61,149 nucleotides of DNA, filler included, from Jimgerdemannia flammicorona (GCA_003990765.1; 3 parts of 3 records of this genome joined end to end with filler, not necessarily neighbours in it), one strand, 5' to 3'; shown: positions 27,715 through 40,840, counted from the whole stretch's first letter. Notes: generated by a model from the letters alone, not told the origin. Numbers and translations: made by a program.

Positions 27715-29206
27715 TGTAAGTGCACAACCTCCAAGCCACTAAAATTGTATGTTATCCTCAGAACTAATTTGGAAACTATATGTGAGACTACAAAACAAGT
27801 TACTGAAGAGATCATCTAGTTATACAAAATATACCAGCAAGTACAAAAACTCACTACCAAGATATAAGAATACTAGAAGAAGTACTACAACCATAAGACC
27901 AACTCTGAATCTCTATAACTAGTTTGGTATATTATACTATTACAAAAGGAAACTGAAAGTACCAAAATCAAATCAAGACAAGAAGAACTCTATCTCATCC
28001 ATCAAAAGGTTCATGAACTGCACTTATCAACTCAAGACCAAGATATACCATGACTATACAAGACCTTATTACTTAGTAGAAGTAAAATATATTTGAACAA
28101 CTCTATTTACTCTATCTATGTTATCTCTATTGGAGAGTGACAGATGCTTCATCTAAACTCAAGAAAGCCGACATTATTGAAACCAATCTCAAGCTATCTA
28201 CATGACAGATATTGCTACTAGAAATTGTCTTGGATTATAGAAAATATCATTTCTGAGAGGTTTGAATCCCCAGCTGCAATATTGGGAGCCTTTGCTCTAG
28301 ACAAGAATGACCAGTCCTCGCAAATATACCAGAAGACTAAAAAAAAAGAGAACCAAGACCTGTTATCTTTATACAACCACCACCACCAAGGACAGTCTTA
28401 ATCTTATAAGAGATAGAAGTAACAATACCTTGGAAACTGATGATGTCAGAAGTCAGAAAACTGCTCAGACTTTGCTAGAGATGATATTATCAATAGTGAT
28501 GTCATCAAAGACTAACCAGATAGCAGCTAAACCTATAAATAGCTTAGCAGTCATAGTATAGTTAGATTAACCTTATACGATATGACTGTGAACTGACTCA
28601 GCAGTCAGGTGATCTTTTGATATGTCAGATCACACTTATACTACATGACTGCATTCTAACTCAATAAGGCACTAAGTGTTACATCTATTCAGTATAGTCC
28701 AGATAGCTCCTCACTGGTATAAATATTCCCTCTCCCAGACCTCAGAATCTCAGACTTGAACAATTCGAATACAACTCCTGAACACTTTCCTACAATATTC
28801 TTTCACACAACTACTCCTAGTATAGCAATATCATAAATAGTGAATAAACCTATTTAATAACTCACAAATCACTCTTAAGTAAATCTGCTCCCTATTAGGT
28901 CCCACTTCTAGCCCTATTATGAAACTTCCTAATTGGGTATTGTCTGCAGTAATACACCAATTCAACTAAGCTGATCTTAGTTTCTTGAACTTCCTGAAAT
29001 ATAGAAAATCCTGAATATCCAGAACTAGTCCAAAAAAGGACTTTGGTTGAGATATCAACCTGATCTTGAAATCAATAAGTGTAGAGGACATACTCTATAT
29101 AAAATTGATCTTGACCTTAAGAAAACAGTCTTCTAGAATATCTAGAACTTCTAGAAAACCCTTTCAGAACTATGTAATAGTTACCTTAAAAAGCAATCCT
29201 CTTACA
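27715..29206 (+). repeat. 3' LTR of Gypsy A (1492 bp)
   Basis: Preceded by PPT aagaaggggagag at 27701-27713 and followed by TSD attat. Confidence 0.95.
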
Positions 29207-29778
29207 ATTATATTAAGCTATTGAGATCTTATTCTGATAAAAATATTACTAATACCTTTGGGATCTGTGTTTGAGATTTTAGTATATAGATAAAGATATA
29301 TAAAGAGTGAGTGAGTCTTGTCATATTTACAAAAGAGCAGATTTTTAAAAAGGTCAGGTTTTTGAAAAAGATTAATTTTTAGTTAAGTTTTTAAAAAAGG
29401 TCAGGTTTTCAAAACAGGTCAGATTTTTGAAACAGATTGGGTTTTTGAAATAGATCAGGTTTTCAAAAAAGATTGAGTTTTCAAAAAACAGTTATCTTAC
29501 ATTTTGAATTATTGATTTTTTACTTTAGATATTGGTTATAACAATAGATAATATATCTAATAATAATATATTTTTTTCAAATAATTAAGATGGAGTTCAA
29601 TTATAGCCTCAACTATCAGCTAATACAACATATATACTATATAGCTCATATTATTAATCTGACTATTTAGATCTTTTTAATCTATCTGAAGACTGATAAT
29701 AATGAAGAAATAATTTCAAGTCTCTGAATGAGTATTATTAAGATTCAGTCATCACTATAATATTATAAGAGATTTACT

Positions 29779-30963
29779 TTTTTTTTTTTTATTTAACAGA
29801 CTCTATATCCCATGGATTTTTATTGGAAGAGAACCTAGACCATATAGGCCAAAACCCTCCCCCACCACCCATCAAGCACTGCCCCCCCATTAACCTAGAC
29901 TAGCTATTGTCCAGCAGCTCGACCATATCAGGCGCAGCAGGGCAAAGTAGCCTGCACCTCATTCTGTGCACCATGCTCTCTCTACCACCAGAGGAAACCC
30001 AGCCATATACCAACGACCGAAAGCGCATGCCCAAGAACCCAACATATGTATAAGGCCATGCCCGAGCCAAATGGAATAGCCCCTACCACCCCAAAGAGAA
30101 TGACAGGCAAAGAAAAAACCCTCATCAAAGCACAATACAGTGGGTAGGGCCTGGTTCTCCCAGTTGAGATGAGTAGAGGACTTATACGTGAGGCGAGAGG
30201 AGACCCCCAATACCCCACTACTCAAGCCTGCAGGCCTCAATCACATTGCCATGTCAGCTCCCAGTTCCAGTTGAGTGCAGCCAAGATACCTGAAATGGGT
30301 AGCCTTGAGCCCCCCTGACCCTCCCTGATGACCGGGGCCCAACCCCACAAATTGCCAAAAGAAGCCAAGAGTGATACCTACCACCTAACTACACTGCACC
30401 AATCAAAAGGCCCCACTGAAGCAGTACCCGCCCCAGCCCTGACGACTGCCCCCAGCCTGGCACCCTACTGGTTCACTGTAATTACCCTTCCTCCTATCTG
30501 TGACAGCCATCTCCCCTCCCATCCCAACATCACTCGAAAAACAGTCACCTATGCCAGAACCATGCTTGTCAGGAAGCTCACCAAAGCCAGAGGGCCCCAC
30601 CACAGGCACTGAGGACCTGCAGATAACCTATACTGAGCACTTGATGCCCAAGGTCAGTCGACTCCCTATATAGCCCAAGACACACCGAGACAACTCCTTG
30701 TTGGTGACAGCAAAAGAAAGAAGGTGCTGCACCAAAATGAGTACACCCCAGATGCAGCTGAAGACACCAGAATCTGTGAAAAAGTGGAGGAAGCACCAAT
30801 CCAACACTGATAAAGGGACAACTCATCACCATTGCCCTCCTCCCACTATGCCCTTACAGGTACAGTAAACCAACCCGAGGTAGAGGGGGCAATATTAGGA
30901 GAAAGGGGACTCGAAAGGTCATCTACCAAACCTTGTAACTAGTAAGGTAGCGGAGAAAAGAGC
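29779..30963 (-). mobile_element. 5'-truncated non-LTR retrotransposon fragment inserted in hAT copy 2
   Basis: Poly-T tail and 15-bp TSD tataagagatttact at 29764-29778 and 30964-30978. hAT sequence resumes on both sides. Confidence 0.88.
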
Positions 30964-33096
30964 TATAAGAGATTTACTATACAATGTAAAGCTTATAAAA
31001 TCAATAATCCAAAAGAACTTATTTTAGATATTAAGACTCAGTAGAACTCAATATATTTGATGGTTGAACAGTCTATTTGAATTATCAGAGGTAATTATAT
31101 TTAAAAGAATTTTGTTGCAAAAGTATATAAGTAATGTTTTACCAAATTATAGTAGTCTTGTATTCATTCAGTCACTATCACTATGATGCTATAATTATAT
31201 CTGAGTAACTTATTACAAAAGTTTAGATAATCTAATAAATTAATTTTTATTAATAGCTCTTAAATTTAACAGTTATAACTAATAAAGATTTATGATAATA
31301 TGCTATTAGAGATTATACTTAGTAGTTGCTAAAAGATATTATTATAATATTAAAGAGCTTTCAATATGTAATAGATCTTACAACTTGGCAAAAATATCCA
31401 ATGATTTATTCTGCTATTCTAATTTATAACTTTCTACTAAATATATTAGAAGATAATAGAAAAGTATTTTGAAATCATATAGTAGAAACAGAAGAAACTG
31501 AGGAGCTAAATACTCTCATTCAACAGATACTAAAAGTAGCTATTGATAAGTTAGAGAAATACTATTCAAAGACAGATTATCTAATTTATTATATTAGAAC
31601 TAGTAAGTAAGTATTTTGAAATTTGCTTGATACTAAAGACTATTTTAAAATTTTGAACTATAAATTCATTTCAAAATTTATTTTATTTTTTGAATAAAAA
31701 CTAGTTCTTGATTTCAGGCTTAAATAATAATATTATTTAAACCATAATTGGAAAATAATTTAAATTAAAGTGGCCAAAAGAATAGTTTATATAATCTATA
31801 ATGAAAACTATACCCCTCTATCAGTTTATCATATAAGTTCTAAAGTAAGAGCTGACATCAATGTTGATGATATTGATGGTATTAATGTTGAGCTATCTGA
31901 ACATATATTCAACAAAAGATAAAAACTGACAATAAATCCTAAGAAAGAGTTAGATAATTATTTGAAAAGTGAAACTATTAAATTTCAACCAAAAGTTGAT
32001 ATATTATCTTAATAGCAAGTGATTGGTCTAATTTGAAATATTATTTATTCTTTAATTTAATTTAATTTATTGAGAATATTAGGGTTATAGTAGAGATTAC
32101 CTAAATCTAGCAAAAATAGTATATGATTATTTAGCTATCTCAGCAATAAGTATATTCATAAAGAGAGTATTTTCAAGTAGTAAAGATCTCATAATACCTA
32201 AAAAGAGTGCTTTAGACTCTGAAATAATTTATAAATATATATATTTAAAGATATAGTAACAATAAGCTAGCTGATTCTGAAATAATCTCAAAATACTAAA
32301 TAAATATATATTAAGTTATTATGAGAGATATGATATATTGATAATCTATAGATATATTATAATATTCAAATATAATTTTTAATACACATACTGCTCTTAG
32401 TTTATATTTGAAGTTCTTGACTCTCTTGTTGGCTAGTATTAATTGCATCACATTGCTTACTTCTGACTTACTTATTGCATTACTATTATCTAAAGCTCTT
32501 GGTGTTATATTTGAAGCTCTAACTTATTGGCTAGTACTCTTGGCACTATATTCAAAGCTCTTAGGACTCACTTATTGACTAGTACTCTCAGTGTTATATT
32601 TAAAGCTCTCACTTATTGGTTAGTACTCTTAGTACCATATTTAAAGCTCTTAAAGCTCACTTGTTGGCTGATACTCTCAGTGCCATATTTGAAGCTCTCA
32701 CTTATTGGCTAGTACTCTTAGTACTATATTTGAAGCTCTTGGAGCTCACTTATTGGCTAATACTCTCAGCACTATATTCAAAGCTCTTAGAGCTATATTA
32801 TCACTTCGGAACTCACTTCTGGCTTACTTATAAAGCTCTCAATACTATATTCAAAGCTCTCAGAGCTCACTTATTAGCTAGTATTGACTTGCTTATTATG
32901 TTACCACTATCTGAAACTCTTGGTACTATACATATTTAAAGCTCTCAGTACTATATATTTAAAGCTCTTGGTATAATATATATTTGAAGCTCTCAGTATC
33001 TCTTGGGGCTTACTTGTTAGCTGGTATTAAAAACATATAAATAAGTCATCAAGCTACTATTTTTTTTTTAAAAAAAAAAAACTATTAAAAACAAAA

Positions 33097-33680
33097 TAGC
33101 CTCTGATCTTCAAACTTATCTGGACTATCTCTTATAGTATTTTGATAATCTGAATATAATAATTGGAAAGATTGTTATTTGGTTAAATAATGATAAAAAG
33201 GAGACTATTGAATATAAATACAAAATAAAGAAGAAAATGATTGAGAAAGTACTTGAGCAGTTTATTTTAGCTATTATCCCTCAAGCTGCCTCTACTGTTG
33301 CTCTTTAAGCTTCTGCTCTAGTTCTGACTACTGCTCCTATCTCAGTCTTAGCTCTAGCTCTAGTTGCTCTGGTCACTCTAGCCATTCCAACTGCTCTGAC
33401 TGCAACTACTCTAGCTGTCTCTACTACATCTTCAGCTGTCCCTGCTTCTGCCTACCCTACCCTTGTCTGCTCTGCCCCCATCTGCTCTGCCACTCTAAAG
33501 CCAAGAGGTCATTTCCTTAAAACTTACTATAATTGTAGGAGATATGGTAAAATATGTCATACTATTCTCAAGATCTATCAGTATCTTAATCTATCAATTC
33601 CCAATCTTTTTTAAGAAAAAGACTATATAATAACTTGCATCAGATAACAACTACTAGGATCAGATATACTGGTCTTGAAT
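33097..33680 (+). pseudogene. Decayed homolog of the hAT accessory ORF
   Basis: LQTYLDYL...KKKMIEKVLEQFILAI...KPRGH..TYYNCRRYGKIC aligns with 18100-18696. Confidence 0.75.
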
Positions 33681-34321
33681 AGATTATTCAGAATGAAGAT
33701 ATAAATAAATACTAGTCTTAAATAAGTTATTTGAATAGATTGTTTAGAATAGAGATATAAATAAATGAATAAATTGTTTGAATAGATTGTTTAGAATAGA
33801 GATATAAATGAATAAATAGGTTGTTTGAATATATATATATAGATTGATGATACAGAATTAATAATATACAATTTATATATCATTAACTAATTTTAATTAG
33901 ACCCTTAATTTGATTCAAATTGAATTGAATCAGACCTCAATTCAATTTAAATTCAATTCAATTCAAATCCAATTTGAATTAAAAAATCCTCAATTTAATT
34001 CAATTTGAATCACCCTCAATTTGATTCAATTTAAATTGATTTAATTTGTTTAAAAGTACTATTTCTATCTATTTTAAATAAATAATTTTTTAAAATTTTT
34101 TATTTTTGAAATATGTTAATTAGCTATAGTAATAGTCAAAATAGTAATAATATTTAGTTATTTTTAATATATAATCTCAAATATAAATTCTATTAAATCC
34201 AAATTTTAACTATTAATAATATAGTATTTTAGCTTTTGAATAATATATTTTTTATTATATTTGAATAATTATAGAACTATTTTAAGTTATATTACTATTA
34301 TTATAATTTTGACTCTCTTTA

Positions 34322-35685
34322 TATAAATATATAACCTCTAAACTATTGAAATTGTATATCATCCTTATAATAAATATAGCAAGATTACAAAGCTAAGTCA
34401 AACTAAAGTTACAGATCATAAAGTTGAGTCAACTTGAAGTCATAGAATATAAGATATATAAAAATGAAATCTTATCAATTAGAACTGAAAGTATATATAC
34501 TGAATATACAATAAACTACAATCATAACTCTCAATATATATCTAGATATAACTACTGAAGTTTATAATTATATCTATATATACTGATATTTAGAATACTA
34601 TTATTAACTGAGTTATAGCTCTCCTACCCTTTATGAATATCTATAGTCTAGCACTCCTTTATTTCATAGAAGCCTGTTGGAATATCCTAAACATGCTTAG
34701 TGAGACCCACTAAATTAGACAAATCTCAAGCTACTATCAGATCAGCCACCTCTTAGAAGATATAGTTAACTATCACCATAATACAGATATTACTAGAATA
34801 TCTTAACACCAGAAACTCATTACTTATAAATATTAAGAACTCTTTTATAGATATAGTATTTGTATTTCTTATCTCTGAGTTACTACTATTAAAATGGTTA
34901 CCACTCTAACCTATGACCAAATTAATAATATAGTATTACAAATATATCAAGTATACCTAAACTACAGACAGACCTTTTCTATACCCAGATGACTATATTC
35001 TACAAATACTCTAAGTTGGATATATTATGAAAGATATTTATAATATAATTTAGTTCAATAATGATGAAGCAGAAGATAATGATCTCTTCAACACTAGTAT
35101 GACCTCTAGCTAAAGATCTCTGCCAAAGCTGATCACCCTATTAATCTTGCTAATAAACTTACAATAGTTCATAACTATATATAAAACCTATTAGAATAAT
35201 GACTACTAGCATAAGTACTAATATATATTTATATCTAACTACTTCAACTATAATGAAGAGACTAGAGAATATAATCTATATCTCCAGATAACTCTTGAGA
35301 TAGAACTGATAACTCTATCTCCTAAATATGAGTAAAATGAAGAATAGCTGCCAGCTTATTATAACTTTGCAATATATAGTACCATAATCTACTAAAAGTA
35401 TACTGATAGTGAATCTGATAAAAGCAAAGATGATATACCTCTTCTCTACTTACTCTAGTATAAGATAGATAATGTCATTATGTGGAATAGTAATATAGTT
35501 CTAACATATTACTATATGAATAAATAGAGAGATATAATTCAAGAACTGCTCTTTCTAGATAATTACTTTATCAGAGATAATATATATTATCAATAGTGAT
35601 CTCATCAAAAAGTATTTAGACAGTATCTAAACCTATAAATAGTTTTATAGTTATACTATAATTAGATTAGCCTTAAACTATATAA
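34322..35685 (+). mobile_element. Long LTR relic related to the Gypsy A LTR, interrupted by Gypsy C
   Basis: The first ~44 nt match the start of LTR A with transitions only. 35629-35676 matches LTR A at ~22961-23008 (aaacctataaatag...ttagattagcctta). Confidence 0.7.
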
Positions 35686-36161
35686 TGTAACGTAGTGGAC
35701 GCTTACTCTTGAAAGTATGTCAGATTTCTGTATCTTGAAAACTTGACTGTTCTGACTCTCACAGAGTCTCTTGAAGTTGCAGGGGAGGGTGGGTGAGTTC
35801 GAAGTGTATCTGCCTGCAGGCTTACTAGTTCCTTTGCTATCTCTTTGCTTTGAACTATTTCGATCTGAGGTTTATTCACTCAAAGATACTGGGTTATTTA
35901 TACAAGTTTGCTAGCTATGACAGGGTGGCTAAGTAATAAATGAGTCATTTGGACTTTGTCGAAACATTTGGACAATGTCTAAATGCTATACTAAATCGGG
36001 ATATCCGATTTGGATAATGTCCAAAATTTAGACAATGTCTAAGGATTTAGATAATGTCGAAATCGAGGACTACTAACTATAATGCTATACTACTTTGGGA
36101 ATGGGTGCGATCAAGTGTCTATTCCCTATTTCCTTCTTCCAAATCTGGCTGTACCATCACA
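35686..36161 (-). repeat. 3' LTR of Gypsy C (476 bp)
   Basis: Termini tgtaacg...catcaca with an adjacent minus-strand polypurine tract. The partner LTR is not in the window. Confidence 0.75.
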
Positions 36162-36198
36162 ACTTCCTCCTGAATAGATGGTCTCGTCCCTGAGGCAT

Positions 36199-36660
36199 CT
36201 ATTCAAACTCCCAGGCTTCAATAGTCTGTATGGTCTTGTACTGTGCGATTTGCTGCATGACTGTTTCCCAATGATATCTTCTCACTTTCTCGAAGTCGGT
36301 AGAGGTTACTCCTCTCAGGTGGTCTATTGCTGCTTCATCTTCTCGGAATAACTTGTGGATCCTTTTGGCAATAGTGATCTGTGAGTGAGAGAGTTGACAC
36401 TTGGCAATCCAGTCCTCCTTGGTCTTTGCTGGATCCTGATTGAGCACCTGTCCAAGCTTGAAGTACTCTTGGAATTCTGCATGATACTGATAAGCTCTAA
36501 AGTGCGAGATCCAAGAGAGATGAGTCTGCACAATACTCTGAATATCCTCATAGTATGGCTCTATGGTCGGAGGCTCAGTGGTGTGCCATTGTCTTTCGAT
36601 GGCTCTTTGGGCAGCACTAGTGATCTTGAGTGCCATCGCGGTACTTTTGTTACTGGCCAT
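36199..36660 (-). CDS. Accessory ORF3 of Gypsy C (153 aa, soluble-looking, unknown function)
   Basis: Intact ATG-to-stop frame between the integrase end and the PPT. A diverged colinear homolog is present in Gypsy D. Confidence 0.8.
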   Translation of the reverse strand: MASNKSTAMALKITSAAQRAIERQWHTTEPPTIEPYYEDIQSIVQTHLSWISHFRAYQYHAEFQEYFKLGQVLNQDPAKTKEDWIAKCQLSHSQITIAKRIHKLFREDEAAIDHLRGVTSTDFEKVRRYHWETVMQQIAQYKTIQTIEAWEFE

Positions 36661-36664
36661 GATA

Positions 36665-39600
36665 TTTCTTGAGCCGGTTTCGGTGAATGGTGGTGGGGAT
36701 TATTATGCCTGAGGGTTTTCGTAGCCAAAAGGTGGTCCCTTTTATATCTTGCACAAGGTAAGGTTCTTCCCACTTGGGCTCCAGTTTTCATGACCATGAA
36801 GCTTCTACTATGTTCTGATATACCAGGACTTTGTCTCCTATCTTGATAATTTCCAAGGGCTTGTGGATCTTTTCTGCATTTCTCCATTGTAGTGTCTACG
36901 CCTTAGTTATGTAATCCTCAGTCTTCTTCCTGATTTGGTGTAGTCTCCGTATTTCTATGTCCATATGTTTCCATACAGCATCTCCATTGAATGACAAGGT
37001 TCCTTGAGAACATTCTTCTCCGAACAGTATTTCTTGAGGGGTAAAGTGGGTGCTTTGTGATCGGATATCCCGGAGAGCAGATAATGCTATTGGTAGATAG
37101 TGATCCCAGTTCTCGTAGTTATCACAGATCTTGGTGATAACATTCTTGAGAGTTTTGTTGGTCCTTTCTACTTATCTGTTTCCTTGAGGGTGATATGCTG
37201 TGGTCCAAATATGCTGAATCTTGTACTTCTTGTAGAGAACTTCGAAGAACTGGTTCACGAATTCGGTTCCTCTATCCGTAGTTACTTGTGTTGGGGTCTT
37301 GAACCGACAGATGATTTCCTTGTGGAAGAAATCAGCGATTGACTGTGCATTGGCTTCCATAAGGGGTCCTGCTTCTATCCACTTTATAAAAAGGTCTATG
37401 ATGATAATGATGTATCAGTTGCCAGTCAAAGTCAAGGGTAGGGGGCTGATTACATCCATTGCAATGTGGGCGAATGGTACTGGTTCTATGTATGCTGATC
37501 CTGGGGCTTGATTTCATTGGTCTTGTTTCTGTTTCTGGCATTTGTCACAGGTCTTGACGAATTGTCTGATATCTTCCTCCATGCCTGGCCACCATATTGT
37601 TCTCCTTGCCTTGTCGTATGTATTTGTTCCTCCTAGATAGCCAAGTTCGTGTACTGATTTCATTGCTTGCTCCTTCTTGTATTCTGGTATGACTAGTAGT
37701 TTTCCTTTCTTTAGTGTTTCTCCATCAGTTTCGAATTGTTTCCATGTTCTGTTGAAATCGTTTGTGTCCATTCTTCCAGATGTTGGGGCATCTTTTGCTG
37801 TCCCAGGTACATATGTGATAATTCTGTAGTAGAGCTTCTTATTTATGATTGATTTGTTGGTTGGAGGTAGTTCGAGGTGTCCGTGAGAGAGCATCTGCAT
37901 TGGAATTTGTTCTTCCAGGGCGGTGCACGATGGTTACATCATAGGCTTGTAACTTCATTATCCATCTGGTATAGATTTCCTTGGGTTGTCTGGTTGTCAG
38001 TAGCCAGGTGAGAGCTGAGTGGTCTGTCTGGATGGTGAAGTGTCTTCCGGCCAGATAGTAGTGGAACTTTTCCACAGCCCAGATGACTGCAAGGCATTCC
38101 AACTTGTAGGACTCATATTCTTTTTCAGCCCCTCGGGTTCTGCGACTAAGATATGCAATGACATACTCTTTTTTGTCTTCTTTTTGAGCCAGGACTGCTC
38201 CTAGTCCCTGTGCACTTGCATCTGTCTGAAGGACAAATTCTTGGATCCAATTGGGTCATCTGAGGATGGGTGCCTGAGTTAGTCTGACCTTGAGTTCATC
38301 AAATGCTTTTTGTTGTCTGCTAGTCCACTGGAACTTGGTATCCTTCTTGTTGAGTTCGTAGATTGGGCCTGCGATGTTGGAGAATCCTCTAATGAATCTG
38401 CGATAGTAGAAGGCAAGTCCCATGAAGGCTTGGGCTTCTGTGACGGTAGTGGGCCTTAGGTACGCTACTACCACTTGTATTTTGAGGGGGTCCGTGTGTG
38501 TTCCATCTCGATTGATGATATGGCCAAGATAGGAGATCTTGATTTCCACAAACTTGCACTTCTTGGGTTTGATATAAAGGCTATATTGTCTTAGTCTCTC
38601 CATTATCTGCTGTATGTGCTGCAGATGTTCCTCAGCTGTCTTGCTGTAGATGATTACATCATCAACATAGACCATCATCTATCTTCCCATGTCATAGCAG
38701 AAGATTTTGTTCATCATTCGCTGAAAGCTTGCTGGTGCATTGCACATTCTGAATGGCATTCGTAGGTAGATGTAGGTTCCGTCTGGGGTGATGAAGGCTG
38801 ACTTTTCACTTGCCATTTCTGTGAGTCCGATTTGGTGGAATCCTGAGTATAAGTCCAAGGTACTGTAGTACTGTGCTTCATCTCCCAGTATTATAAGGAT
38901 GTCACTGATGAGTGGCAGTGGTTGGCGATCCTTCTTGGTAACTGTATTGAGCTTTCTGTAGTCAACACAGAGCCTTGGGGCAAATTCTCCAGGTTTGCTT
39001 TCTTTTTTCGGGGCTAGTACAACTGGTGAAGACCAGGGGCTGCTAGCTTCTTTGATGATACTGACTTCTTCCATCTGCTTGATTTCTTCTCTGAGCCATT
39101 CTTGGTAGGCTGGTGGGACAGGTCTTGCCTTCTGGTAAATTGGTTTGGTGTCTCTGGTATCTACCTCGTGATAGTAGTGTGGGGTCTTTCCCTTGATATC
39201 CTTGAAATCTGTGGCAAGGACATCCTTGAATTTGTGGAGTATTTTCTTGAGTTCCTTCTTGAGTGGGAATTCATCTCCAATGGTGTAACTATGCTTGCTC
39301 ATATTTTCCTCCTTCTTATGCTCGAGTTCGGTGATCTTGATGCTGGCAAATACTCCTCTTCCTGTGGATCTGAATCCTTTCTTTCCTCTTTTCGTTTCCT
39401 CCAGATTCTTGACTTCTATGATCCTTGGCTATATGATTGGAAAGATCAACATCTATGCCAATCGGTCCTTCTTCTTGACTGGAAATGGAATTGTAGGATT
39501 GTGGTTCCTAGCAATGAGTAGAATTTCTCCGGTATAGTCTGAATCAATGACTCCTCCTTCAATTGTGATTTCGCTTCTAGCCAGGCTGCTTCTTGTCTTG

Positions 39601-40586
39601 AGAATCCCGACATGATCCTTTGGGATGGTCATCTCCAGTCCAGTTGCGAGTAGGGTGGTTGTCTGGGGTTCCAGTATAGTTTTTTCTACTGTAGCAATGT
39701 CCATTCCGGCTGCATTTTCTGACTTGTATTCTGGCAAGACTGCGTTGGGGTGGATTTTTTGAATCTTGACCTTAATTTCTTCTTCATCATCACTGTCCTC
39801 CAGGAGGGCTGGTGGTTTGTCATCTTCCTCCCTCTCTTCTTCTCTGATCTGTTTTTCGAGAGCTTTCTGGCTTCTTTCCTGGTAGATCTTCCTGGTTCTG
39901 ATGGTGCACTGGTAGCAATCATTGACATGCTCCATACAGTACATCTTGATTCCATGAGGACAGACTCCTTGTGGGGCATAGCTTTCTGCGATCTTCTTGC
40001 ACCATTCTTCTTCGCTCATCCATCCAACTTTCTTCTTCTTAGGGGTAGTTACCATATAAGCTTCCTCTTGCTTGCTCTCTTCTTCCTCTATATCGGGCAG
40101 GACTCCTTTGTTGACGTTGATGGGAATTCGTATCTTCTGTCCCCAGTAGGTGATTTGCATCTTTTGGGTATTGAGATCGATTACTGCCTTGGCTTTGTGA
40201 AGCCATTGATTGCTGATGAGGATGTCATAGTTGGTGACATTGGTTACAATTACATCTACTGGAATTGTTGCTCCTCCAATCTTGATGGGAACATCTCGGA
40301 TCTTTCCCAGAGGTGTGGCTCTTGTGCCATCGGCTGTGATGAATACTAGCTTGGTTGCTTCTTCTACATCCCAACCTAGGCGGTCTGCTGCCTTCTTACT
40401 GAGGAGACATCCTCCTGCTCCCATATCAATGATGGCTTCAAAGACTCGATCCTCAATTTGGTATGTTGTATAAGCAGAGGTTTTGCGATTGTCCTCACTT
40501 TCTTCTCCTGAGTCCTCTTGAACATTATTGGCCTCGGTTATCTTCCATCCTTGTTCCTTGGTTGTTTCGGTAAGTCCAAACCTCAT
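36665..40586 (-). pseudogene. Gypsy C pol polyprotein, broken by scattered stops and frameshifts
   Basis: ORF-track fragments 39453-40586, 38679-39302, 38256-38678, 37839-38102, 37514-37900, 37172-37360. Confidence 0.92.
39358..39780 (-). pseudogene. dUTPase domain of Gypsy C (between protease and RT)
   Basis: All five motifs: AAGMDI, TRSSLA, GGVIDSDYTG, RLA*(Q), RGKKGFRSTG. Confidence 0.93.
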
Positions 40587-40740
40587 TTGCTGTCTGAATG
40601 TTGGGATTTCTGTGAGCTGACCAAAGGTTGCATTGACCTTTTGTTGACTGAGATCCTTGAAGATATCATACTTGAAGGTCTTGGTCTTGCGAAGCTTCTT
40701 TTCTTTTTCTCCTTCACTGGCTGGAGTGGTTCCTTGGATG

Positions 40741-40840
40741 NNNNNNNNNNNNNNNNNNNNNNNNNNNNNNNNNNNNNNNNNNNNTTAATTAATTAANNNN
40801 NNNNNNNNNNNNNNNNNNNNNNNNNNNNNNNNNNNNNNNN
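40741..40840. other. Assembly gap with TTAATTAATTAA linker
   Basis: N44-ttaattaattaa-N44. Confidence 0.97.

Larger units (their letters stand above)
22148..29206 (+). mobile_element. Ty3/Gypsy LTR retrotransposon A (gag-dUTPase-PR-RT stub; large internal deletion)
   Basis: Two 1492-bp TG..CA LTRs, 5-bp TSD attat, PBS and PPT. CCHC knuckle relic at ~25550, DSGA protease, RT N-terminus (SPYG, MCIDY) joined at ~27520 to a chromodomain-like stub (EEYKVEQIL). Confidence 0.95.
21003..34061 (+). mobile_element. Full-length hAT DNA transposon, copy 2, interrupted by Gypsy A and a LINE fragment
   Basis: Termini tagtactc...aaagtacta. 8-bp TSD tttctatt/tttctatc. Colinear with 14494-18934 once the two insertions are removed. 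Confidence 0.92.
35686..40740 (-). mobile_element. Ty3/Gypsy LTR retrotransposon C (gag tail-PR-dUTPase-RT-RNaseH-IN-ORF3-LTR), 5' part lost in the gap
   Basis: PR IDMGA, RT SPWSSP/LCVDYR/LDLYSGFHQ/YVDD, RNaseH TDAS/TDHSAL/NADALS, IN HHCC region and TDRGTEF. PPT at 36163-36171. Confidence 0.95.

Noticed and set aside
36199..36660. ORF3 as an envelope gene
   Set aside because: Too short, with no signal peptide, transmembrane segment or fusion-peptide-like stretch.
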